DNA of 48,497 bases, from contig DVHO01000030.1 of the NCBI GenBank assembly GCA_018711995.1, positions 1 through 48,497 on the forward strand, given 5' to 3'. The DNA comes from Candidatus Pelethousia gallinarum. Its GTDB lineage: Bacteria; Bacillota; Clostridia; Christensenellales; CAG-138. The notes below the pieces were generated by a model. That model saw nothing but the letters and a program-made list of their open reading frames with translations, had not been told where the DNA came from and made no database searches. The translations under genes and the position numbers were made by a program. Numbering within the stretch: position 1 is the first letter of the stretch; every line of letters begins with the position of its first letter. Shown here one piece after another: positions 8,934-16,169 of the stretch.

Positions 8934-8967
8934 GGGACGGCGCACTGCCGCCCCTCGTTATTTTTTT
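8934..8967 (+). terminator. Second terminator-like hairpin (copy 2 of the same module)
   Basis: gggacggc/gcact/gccgcccc (7 of 8 pairs) followed by tcgttattttttt. The flanks share ...ctcgttattt...atcacg with copy 1. Confidence 0.5.
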
Positions 8968-9300
8968 ACAAGAATCACGGGCTGTAGTGCCCGGGGGAAC
9001 GAGAGAGGTAGAGCAGGTGGAAGCATTATCCTACGTCATTATCCTGGCCATTATCGCAGCGTTGCTGCTCATCTATGAAAAGGGATTGCGGCCGATAAAA
9101 AAGCCTGCGACGGGTTTGCCCTGGCCTATCTCGCCCTGTATCAGGAGACGGTAGGCGGTACTGTCCCATCGGGAATACGATATATCCAGGCTGGGGAGGA
9201 AGACGGGATCCGCTTGTTGCCTATGGAAGAGCAGGACGCGGCGGTGGCCCAGGCGCTGGAACGGGCGGCCGGGCAAAAAGCCCAAGCCCATCTAGACTAG

Positions 9301-9651
9301 ATGCGGCAGGCATTGGAACGGTGTTTTGACGCCATCGGCAGCAGCGAACGATATCGGAATATGTATTTCCAGCCGTTAAATGAAATTTACGCCTTGCCCC
9401 ATTATTTTATCTTGGCGGGGCGAGAACCAGAACAAATTGTGAAGCATGCGGAGCTGGCGGACGCGGAAGGGTTTATGCATAAACATCAGCAGGTTTGCCA
9501 GCAGTTGGCCCGGCGGCTGAGCCGGGAGGGGTTAACGAAGTTTCAAGCGGCGTGCCGGCAGGGCCAGCCTGCGGCAGCCGACAGGACCCAGGACCGGGCG
9601 GGGCGCGGCGGCGCCGCCCCAGCCACAAATCAGGAGGAGGAGGACGTATGA
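9301..9651 (+). CDS. Hypothetical small protein (uncertain)
   Basis: 116-aa ORF. Its TGA overlaps the ATG of the downstream FAD-subunit gene (ATGA at 9648-9651), which suggests translational coupling. No recognisable family, and the C-terminus is low-complexity. Confidence 0.3.
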   Translation: MRQALERCFDAIGSSERYRNMYFQPLNEIYALPHYFILAGREPEQIVKHAELADAEGFMHKHQQVCQQLARRLSREGLTKFQAACRQGQPAAADRTQDRAGRGGAAPATNQEEEDV

Positions 9652-10481
9652 GAGCATTTGAGTATTTTGCGCCTGGGACCGTAGGGGAGGCGGCAAAATT
9701 CCTTCGTGAAAACGAGGGGAAGGCCGTGGTCCTCAACGGCGGTACGGATGTGGTGATCCAGCTGCGGGACCGGCTGATCAACCCGGCATACGTGGTGGAC
9801 ATCAAACGCATCCCAGGATTGAACGAACTGCGGTTTTCCAAGGAAGAGGGCCTGCATATCGGCGCTTGCGTGAACATGAACCGCTTGGGCGGGGATGAGA
9901 ACGTACGCACATATTACCCCTTCCTGGCGGAAGCCGCCCTATCGGTGGGCTCCAAGCAGGTGCGCAACCGGGCGACCTGCGCCGGCAACCTGATCAACGC
10001 TTCCCCCTTGGCGGACACCTCTACGCCCCTGCTGTGCCTGGACGCGGTGTTGGAAGTGGAAGGCCCGGACGGCAAGCGGGAGATCCCCATCAATGAGTTT
10101 TTCGTATTCGTCCGCAAGACCACCTTGCAAAAGGATGAGATCGTCACCGGGATCCGGGTCCCCTATTATGAGGGCGTCCAGGGTATTTTCACCAAGGTAT
10201 CCCGGCGCAATAAGGTGGACCTATCCACCGTGTGCAGCACGGTGATGAAGCATGAAGGCAAATACCGGGCGGCCTTTGGCTCTGTGGCGCCGACCCCCCG
10301 GCGGCTGCCCCAAACGGAAGCCTGCCTGAACGAAGGGCCGTTGGATGAAGCGCGGATCGACCGGGCGGTGGAGCTGGCCCTCAGCGAGGTATCCCCCATC
10401 GACGACGTGCGGGCAAGCAAGCAGTACAGGCTGGACGTGGTGGCCATGGCCCTGCGCCGGAGCCTGGAAAGCCTGGGCTAA
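9648..10481 (+). CDS. Molybdenum hydroxylase (xanthine dehydrogenase family), FAD-binding medium subunit (CoxM/XdhB-like)
   Basis: The start was chosen at ATG 9648, with AGGAGGAGG immediately upstream; the track ORF starts at 9495. MRAFEYFAPGTVGEAAKFL...VLNGGTDVVIQLR is the typical FAD-binding PCMH-type N-terminus. Confidence 0.85.
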   Translation: MRAFEYFAPGTVGEAAKFLRENEGKAVVLNGGTDVVIQLRDRLINPAYVVDIKRIPGLNELRFSKEEGLHIGACVNMNRLGGDENVRTYYPFLAEAALSVGSKQVRNRATCAGNLINASPLADTSTPLLCLDAVLEVEGPDGKREIPINEFFVFVRKTTLQKDEIVTGIRVPYYEGVQGIFTKVSRRNKVDLSTVCSTVMKHEGKYRAAFGSVAPTPRRLPQTEACLNEGPLDEARIDRAVELALSEVSPIDDVRASKQYRLDVVAMALRRSLESLG

Positions 10482-10494
10482 GGAGGGACGCGAG

Positions 10495-10980
10495 ATGAAA
10501 TATCATGTTCATTTTTACGTAAATGGCGATGCCTATGATTTGGATGTGCCCGCCAACAAAACCATGCTGGATGTGTTGCGGGACGAATTGTGCCTTACCG
10601 GTACCAAGGAGGGCTGCGGCGCCGGTGAGTGCGGCGCGTGCACGGTGATCGTGGACGATGTGCCCCTCAACGCTTGCCTGGTGCTGGCGCCGGAGCTGGA
10701 CGGGGTGCATATCACCACGGTGGAAGGCCTGTCCGACGGGCCGAAGCTCTCGCCGCTGCAGCAGAGCTTCATCAAGCATGGCGCCCTGCAGTGCGGGTTC
10801 TGCACGCCTGGCTTCCTCATGTCCGCCACGGCGCTGCTCAATGAAAATCCCCATCCCACCCGGGAGGAGATCATCGATAGCATCAGCGGGAACCTGTGCC
10901 GTTGTACGGGCTATAAGCGGATCGTAGAAGCCATTGAGGAGATCGCAGCCCGCGGCCAGGCGGCCGATACACAGGAATAG
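10495..10980 (+). CDS. Molybdenum hydroxylase, [2Fe-2S] small subunit (CoxS/XdhC-type iron-sulfur subunit)
   Basis: Start at ATG 10495 with AGGAGGG upstream. Both cluster motifs are present: CGAGECGACTV, and CGFCTPG...CRCTGY. Confidence 0.9.
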   Translation: MKYHVHFYVNGDAYDLDVPANKTMLDVLRDELCLTGTKEGCGAGECGACTVIVDDVPLNACLVLAPELDGVHITTVEGLSDGPKLSPLQQSFIKHGALQCGFCTPGFLMSATALLNENPHPTREEIIDSISGNLCRCTGYKRIVEAIEEIAARGQAADTQE

Positions 10981-10996
10981 AAAGGAGGCGCCCCGT

Positions 10997-13309
10997 ATGA
11001 AATATGTAGGCCAAAGCATAGAGCGTGTGGACGCGATCCGCAAGGTAACCGGGCAGGCGCAGTATGTGGGCGACTTCCATATGCCCCGCATGCTATACGC
11101 CCAGGTGAAGCGGAGCCCGTACCCCCATGCGAAGATCATCAGCATCGACGTATCCAAAGCCGAGAAGCTTCCCGGCGTGCGGGCCGTGATCACCGGCGAA
11201 TGGTATACCAAGCGTTGCGGCCTGTACCTGGAGGATAAAAACTTCCTGGCCAACAAAACGGTGAAGTATCAGGGCGAAGCCGTGGCGGCAGTTGCCGCAG
11301 AAACCGCCGAAATCGCCCAGGAAGCCTGCGATTTGATCGAGGTGGTCTATGAGGAGCTGCCGGCGGTTACCAACGCCATAGACGGCATGAAGCCGGATGC
11401 GCCCTTGATCCATCCCGACCTGCATACCTACAAAGTCGCACCGATTTTCTTCCCAAAACCCCACACAAATATCTCCCATCACTACAAATTGCGCAAAGGA
11501 GATGTTGACAAAGCCTTCAAAGAGTGCGATTATGTAGCAGAGCACACATATTACATTCCCCATGTACAACACGTCCCCTTGGAACCCCATGTAGCCATTG
11601 CGCAATATGAATACGACGGCAAGCTGACCGTTTGGGCCAGCACCCAGTCCCCCTACGCGGTGCGGCAAGCCCTGAGCGTAGCCTTTGAGATCCCCCTGAA
11701 TAAGCTGCGGGTTATTTCCCCGTACGTGGGCGGCGGCTTCGGCTCAAAAGCAGGCACCACCATCGAGGGCATCATCATCCCCCTGGCCATGCGCTGCAAG
11801 GGCCGGCCGGTGAAGCTCCAGTACAGCCGGGAGGACGAATTCCAGAATTCCTACGTACGCCAGGGCCTCCATTGCAAGATCAAGACCGGCGTCAAGAAGG
11901 ACGGCCGCATCCACGCGGTGAAGAACGAATTCGTCTGGGATGGCGGCGCCTATACAGAATACGGCGTCAACATCGTAAAGGCAGGCGGCTTCGCCTCCGC
12001 AGGCCCCTACAACATCGACAACGTGTGGACGGATAGCTACTGCGTCTACACCAACCACCCCGTGGGCGGCCCGTACCGGGGCTTCGGCATGTGCGAGATC
12101 CATTTCGCCATCGAGCAGAACATCGACATCGTGGCCAAGGAGATCGGCATGGATCCGGTGGAGATGCGCCGGATCAACGGCCTGCGGGTAGGGGATAAGA
12201 CCTGCATGGGCGAGACCATGGTGGTATCCGGGTACCATGAGTGCCTGGAGGAAGTGGTCAAGGATATCGGCTACGGGGAGAAGAGCGAGAGCCCCAACCC
12301 CCGGAAGGTACGGGGCAAGGGCATCGCGGCCGGCTGGAAATCCCCTTCCATGCCCACCAACGCAGGTTCCGCGGCCATCATCCGGATGAACGAGGACGGT
12401 ACCTTCTTCCTGATGACCAGCGGCCAGGAGATCGGCCAAGGTTCGGATACGGCCCTGACCCAGATCGCCGCCGAGACCCTGGATGTGGACCCCAAGCTGA
12501 TCACCATCCGCACCGGCGACACGGACCATACCCCCTATGAATGGCAGACCGTGGCCAGCCGTACCACCTATTGCGCAGGCAACGCGGTGAAGCTGGCCTG
12601 CGAGGACCTGAAGAAGAAGATCCTGGAGCTGGCCCAGATCAAGCTGGGGGCCTATAAGCGGGATCTGGAATTCAAGGACGGGTATGTGGTGCATAAGATC
12701 TACACCGACCGGAAGGTCCCCCTGTCGGAATTCGCATTGGGCCTGGCGTTCCCGGACGGCTCCGGCGTAGGCGGCCCCGCCATTGGCGTAGGTACCTTCA
12801 CCCTGGAGAACAACATCAACTACGACAAGGAAACCGGCATCGGCGAACATCCTGTGGCATTCTGGACCATCGGCGTGAACGGCGCGGAGGTAGAGGTGGA
12901 TCTGGACACCGGCGAGGTGAAGGTGCTTCGGATGGTATCCTGCTTCGACGCAGGTAAGGTCATCAACCCGGAAACCTTCTGCGCCCAGTCCGAAGGCGCC
13001 ATGGTGCAGGCCATGGGCACGGCCCTGTTCGAGGAACTGATCCTCAAGAACGGCCACATCCTCAATAAGAACTTCGTAGACTATAAGATCCCCACGGCGG
13101 ACGATATGCCAGAATTGACCGTTAAATACATAGAGCATGCGGAGCCCACCGGCCCCTATGGAGCCCGCGGCGTGGGCGAGCCGCTTATGGTACCCGGCGC
13201 ACCGGCTATTGCAAACGCCATTTACGACGCCATCGGCGTGCGATTCAACCGTATGCCAATTACAGCTGAGGAGGTGTTGAAGGCTCTAAAAGAAAAGGCG
13301 ACTGAATAA
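10997..13309 (+). CDS. Molybdenum hydroxylase, molybdopterin-binding large subunit
   Basis: Start at ATG 10997 with AAAGGAGG upstream, giving ~770 aa. The N-terminus VGQSIERVDAIRKVTGQAQYVGD and internal GGGFGSK are typical of aldehyde oxidase/xanthine dehydrogenase a/b hammerhead plus MoCo domains. Confidence 0.9.
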   Translation: MKYVGQSIERVDAIRKVTGQAQYVGDFHMPRMLYAQVKRSPYPHAKIISIDVSKAEKLPGVRAVITGEWYTKRCGLYLEDKNFLANKTVKYQGEAVAAVAAETAEIAQEACDLIEVVYEELPAVTNAIDGMKPDAPLIHPDLHTYKVAPIFFPKPHTNISHHYKLRKGDVDKAFKECDYVAEHTYYIPHVQHVPLEPHVAIAQYEYDGKLTVWASTQSPYAVRQALSVAFEIPLNKLRVISPYVGGGFGSKAGTTIEGIIIPLAMRCKGRPVKLQYSREDEFQNSYVRQGLHCKIKTGVKKDGRIHAVKNEFVWDGGAYTEYGVNIVKAGGFASAGPYNIDNVWTDSYCVYTNHPVGGPYRGFGMCEIHFAIEQNIDIVAKEIGMDPVEMRRINGLRVGDKTCMGETMVVSGYHECLEEVVKDIGYGEKSESPNPRKVRGKGIAAGWKSPSMPTNAGSAAIIRMNEDGTFFLMTSGQEIGQGSDTALTQIAAETLDVDPKLITIRTGDTDHTPYEWQTVASRTTYCAGNAVKLACEDLKKKILELAQIKLGAYKRDLEFKDGYVVHKIYTDRKVPLSEFALGLAFPDGSGVGGPAIGVGTFTLENNINYDKETGIGEHPVAFWTIGVNGAEVEVDLDTGEVKVLRMVSCFDAGKVINPETFCAQSEGAMVQAMGTALFEELILKNGHILNKNFVDYKIPTADDMPELTVKYIEHAEPTGPYGARGVGEPLMVPGAPAIANAIYDAIGVRFNRMPITAEEVLKALKEKATE

Positions 13310-13504
13310 CGCCGTATCCGCGGCCGCAATGGCCCAAGGATTTAAAGCAGTCACCGAAGCACTTAGGGAAGCATACTTACAAATTGGAAGTAGGCGCTAC
13401 TTTTGAGCAAGGAAAAGATCGATTACAGCCAAGGCATTTATGATGCACCAGGACAATTAGGTTGGGGTAGAACGATTGTTTTGGGCATCTAGCACGTATT
13501 CGCC

Positions 13505-14695
13505 ATGTTTGGCGCAACGGTGCTGGTCCCCATCCTTACAGGCTTGAGTATCTCCGTGACGCTGCTGTGCGCAGGCGTGGGCACATTGCTCTTCCACTTC
13601 CTGGCAAAGGGGAAAGTACCTGCATTCCTGGGATCTTCCTTCGCATTCCTTGGCGGATTTGCGGTGGTAGCCCCCATGGTGGACGGTATGCCCAACAAGG
13701 AAATGCTGCCCTATGCATGCGGCGGTATCGTGATTGCCGGTTTGCTGTACGTGGTGGTAGCGGCGCTGATCAAGGTGCTTGGTATCAAACGGGTCATGCG
13801 CTTGTTCCCGCCGGTGGTTACCGGTCCTATCATCATCCTGATCGACTTGATCCTGGCGCCCAGCGCCATCACCAACTGCCAGGCCAACTGGCTGCTGGCG
13901 GTCATCACCATGCTGCTGATCATCGGCTGCAACATCTGGGGCAAGGGCATGATCAAGATCATCCCCATCCTGATCGGTATCGTAGGCGCCTACATCATCG
14001 CCTTGATCGTCGGCTGGGTAGACTATAGCGGCCTGGCAACTGCAGCCGCCGTAGGCATCCCGCCCTTCACCATTGCCAAATTCAGCGGCAGCGCGATCCT
14101 CACCATGGCGCCCATCGCCTTGGCTACCATGATGGAGCACGTGGGCGATATCTCCGCCATCAGCGCGACCTGCGGCAGGAACTTCATCGCCAACCCCGGC
14201 CTGCATCGCACCCTGTTGGGCGACGGCTTGGCCACCTCCCTGGCTGGCTTGGTGGGCGGCCCCGCCAACACCACCTACGGCGAGAACACCGGCGTGCTGG
14301 CACTCTCCAAGGTATACGATCCCAAGGTCATCCAGATCGCGGCGGTCGTGGCCGTCATCCTCAGCTTCAGCCCCTGGTTTGACGCCCTGGTGAACACCAT
14401 CCCCACCGCCATCATCGGCGGCGCATCCTTCGTGCTCTACGGCATGATCTCCGCCATCGGCGTACGGAACGTGGTAGAAAATCAGGTAGACCTGACCAAG
14501 TCCCGTAACCTGATCATCGCGGCGGTCATCCTGGTATCCGGCTTGGGCTTCAACTCCGTAGGCGGCATCCAGATCGGCATCGTGAACCTGTCCGGCTTGG
14601 CCACCGCTGCCATCCTGGGCATCTTGCTCAATGCCATTCTGCCCGGCAAGGACTATGAGTTCCAGATGGAAGAGCCTGAGGACGCAAAGGCTTAA
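13505..14695 (+). CDS. NCS2-family nucleobase permease (uracil/xanthine permease-like); N-terminus interrupted by an in-frame TAG at 13490-13492 (possible pseudogene)
   Basis: MFGATVLVPILTG and GENTGVLALSKVYDP are NCS2 (UraA/PyrP-like) signatures. The same frame upstream reads TTG(13403)-SKEKIDYSQGIYDAPGQLGWGRTIVLGI-TAG-HVFA-MFGATV. The stop therefore sits where the family has the conserved Gln of LQH(L/V)FAMFGATV. Confidence 0.8.
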   Translation: MFGATVLVPILTGLSISVTLLCAGVGTLLFHFLAKGKVPAFLGSSFAFLGGFAVVAPMVDGMPNKEMLPYACGGIVIAGLLYVVVAALIKVLGIKRVMRLFPPVVTGPIIILIDLILAPSAITNCQANWLLAVITMLLIIGCNIWGKGMIKIIPILIGIVGAYIIALIVGWVDYSGLATAAAVGIPPFTIAKFSGSAILTMAPIALATMMEHVGDISAISATCGRNFIANPGLHRTLLGDGLATSLAGLVGGPANTTYGENTGVLALSKVYDPKVIQIAAVVAVILSFSPWFDALVNTIPTAIIGGASFVLYGMISAIGVRNVVENQVDLTKSRNLIIAAVILVSGLGFNSVGGIQIGIVNLSGLATAAILGILLNAILPGKDYEFQMEEPEDAKA

Positions 14696-14701
14696 TCTGT
14701 A

Positions 14702-14782
14702 GGAATCTTGCCGGACCCCTCCGGCAAGATTCCCCACAAGTAAAAAGGGGATGCGCCGCGCCGGTTTGGGGCGGCGCATCTT
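14702..14782 (+). terminator. Two consecutive stem-loops after the permease gene
   Basis: ggaatcttgccgg/acccct/ccggcaagattcc (14702-14733) and gatgcgccgc...gcggcgcatc (14750-14780) followed by tt. The U-tracts are weak. Confidence 0.45.
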
Positions 14783-14842
14783 AGTTCAAACTATAGGGGT
14801 AAGGGGCGCAGAATAGCGCCTGGGGGAGAGGAGGATAGGCAT

Positions 14843-15769
14843 ATGCCTAGTATCTGCATAGCAGGAACAGCCGCAGCCGCCATGCTGCAACAGGGACCCA
14901 TGGAAGGACGGGTACATAGCGTGTTCCGCCGGGTGCTGAATGTGGAAATGCCGGCATTGGCAGGGGCGGTGGATAACCTATATAGTTTGGGAAGGCAGGA
15001 TGTGCCGCCATCGCCTGCCATGCTGGTGACAGACCTACGGCGGGCATTTTTCGGGGTATCACCTGGGGATGTGATCCGGATCCATTCGGATTTAATCGAA
15101 GTGGGGGAATACCGCATCGCCATTCCGGAAGCGTTACCCCAGTGGGGACAGAGCCCCCATGTATGCGGCGACCTGGCGGATCGGGAAACCCTAGAAGGCT
15201 ATTTTTCCAATATTGCCGCCGTGCTGCTGCAACGGGTGCCATGGCCGCAACCCAGCGCATTGCTGCTTTTGGCAGGCCGGCAACCCCGGCGGGACGATCC
15301 CTATGGCAAGGCCTTCCAGGCCGGGGTAGAGGGATTGGAGGCATGGGGCGATAGAGCCTTGGAGGCTGCCTTGCCTGCGGCCCCGGTGCAGGAAACGGCA
15401 CGGCTGTTGGGCTTGGGCGCAGGACTGACCCCCTCGGGCGACGATTATATTTCCGGGGTACTGATCGGCCTTGGGCAATTTCCCAAAGCGGCAGGTTTGC
15501 TGGCCAGCTTGATCCAGGCGGTGCAGGCCAATCTGGCCCGTACCAACCGCTTGAGCCAGCACTTTTTATCCTATGCCATGGCCGGCTATTGGGGCCGCCT
15601 GGAAGATCAGCTGGTCGCCGCATTGTGCGCGGCAGACCGGCCGGGTTATCTGGCTGCGGCGGAAGCTTTAGCCGCATACGGTTCCTCCTCCGGAATAGAT
15701 GAAATGCTGGGCCTGCGCACCGGCCTGCGCCTGGGATTGATGGCTTCCAATGGGGAGAGGCTTTGCTAA
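14843..15769 (+). CDS. DUF2877 protein (YlbF / AllH-like)
   Basis: 308 aa with GAGGAGG upstream. It carries the family-typical GLGAGLTPSGDDYISGVLIGL motif. Confidence 0.7.
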   Translation: MPSICIAGTAAAAMLQQGPMEGRVHSVFRRVLNVEMPALAGAVDNLYSLGRQDVPPSPAMLVTDLRRAFFGVSPGDVIRIHSDLIEVGEYRIAIPEALPQWGQSPHVCGDLADRETLEGYFSNIAAVLLQRVPWPQPSALLLLAGRQPRRDDPYGKAFQAGVEGLEAWGDRALEAALPAAPVQETARLLGLGAGLTPSGDDYISGVLIGLGQFPKAAGLLASLIQAVQANLARTNRLSQHFLSYAMAGYWGRLEDQLVAALCAADRPGYLAAAEALAAYGSSSGIDEMLGLRTGLRLGLMASNGERLC

Positions 15770-15816
15770 GGCATTAGAAATGCTTATGGATCGATAGAAT
15801 ACTATTGGAAAACTTG

Positions 15817-15845
15817 TTGACATCCCTAGGGTTTCATGGTATCCT
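15817..15845 (+). promoter_or_regulatory. Candidate sigma-70-type promoter of the gcv operon
   Basis: TTGACA at 15817-15822, a 17-nt spacer, then an extended -10-like TGgTATCCT ending at 15845. It lies just upstream of the riboswitch. Confidence 0.4.
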
Positions 15846-15869
15846 TGGGTTAATAAAACGTATAGTCGG

Positions 15870-16062
15870 ATGATTGGCTCGGGAGAGACCGGGAACCCGG
15901 CGCCGAAGGGGCAAGCAGAAACTCTCAGGCAAAAGGATCGAGCCAGGACGACACTCCGAAAAAGTACGGCAGGACGCTTTTCTTGCCATACGCCGAAGGT
16001 GCAACCGCCTCAGCCCGCCTGAAAAGGCGGCAGGGGTGTGGAATCTCTCAGGTGCAAAAACG
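15870..16062 (+). promoter_or_regulatory. Tandem glycine riboswitch (two aptamers)
   Basis: Aptamer 1: P1 ggctcg...cgagcc (15876-15944), containing GGGAGAG...CGCCGAAGGGGCAA...CUCUCAGGCAAAAGGA. Aptamer 2: ACGCCGAAGGUGCAA...CUCUCAGGUGCAAAAACGGAG. It sits directly upstream of gcvT, the classic context. Confidence 0.85.
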
Positions 16063-16064
16063 GA

Positions 16065-16098
16065 GGCGCAAATTTCCAAGGGGAAGTTTGCGCCTTTT
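16065..16098 (+). terminator. Riboswitch expression-platform terminator
   Basis: 13-bp stem ggcgcaaatttcc/aagg/ggaagtttgcgcc (one G-U pair) followed by TTTT. Its 5' arm abuts the 3' end of aptamer 2, consistent with a glycine-ON switch. Confidence 0.75.
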
Positions 16099-16169
16099 CT
16101 CGTACCCTAAAAACCAGCACATCCAACCCCTTGCAGAATCAACAATCTATCGGGAGGAGCAACAAAACA

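Noticed and set aside
8873-9154. 93-aa ORF with a hydrophobic stretch (VIILAIIAALLLIY) in the 8.8-9.6 kb spacer
   Set aside because: It has a GTG start without SD, runs across the second terminator-like hairpin, and has no family resemblance. I treat it as non-coding or remnant sequence.
9495-9647. Upstream extensions of track ORFs taken as true N-termini (9495 for the FAD subunit). The same applies to 10345, 10934, 16038, 18870, 19207, 20514, 30979, 44869 and 47771.
   Set aside because: In each case an internal ATG, GTG or TTG preceded by a strong SD gives an N-terminus that matches the protein family. The extension overlaps the preceding gene, a riboswitch or a terminator, and translates to Arg/Pro/Gly-rich junk.
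13490-13492. The TAG in the permease as programmed recoding (pyrrolysine or suppressor read-through)
   Set aside because: TAG clearly terminates several conserved genes in the window (10978, 39722, 47768). No pyl genes or recoding signals are visible. A single C->T change from the conserved CAG is the simpler explanation.
13457-14779. 440-aa minus-strand ORF
   Set aside because: It is antisense to the NCS2 permease, which has unmistakable family motifs. Its product is Asp/Gly/Gln/His-rich with no membrane or enzyme features.
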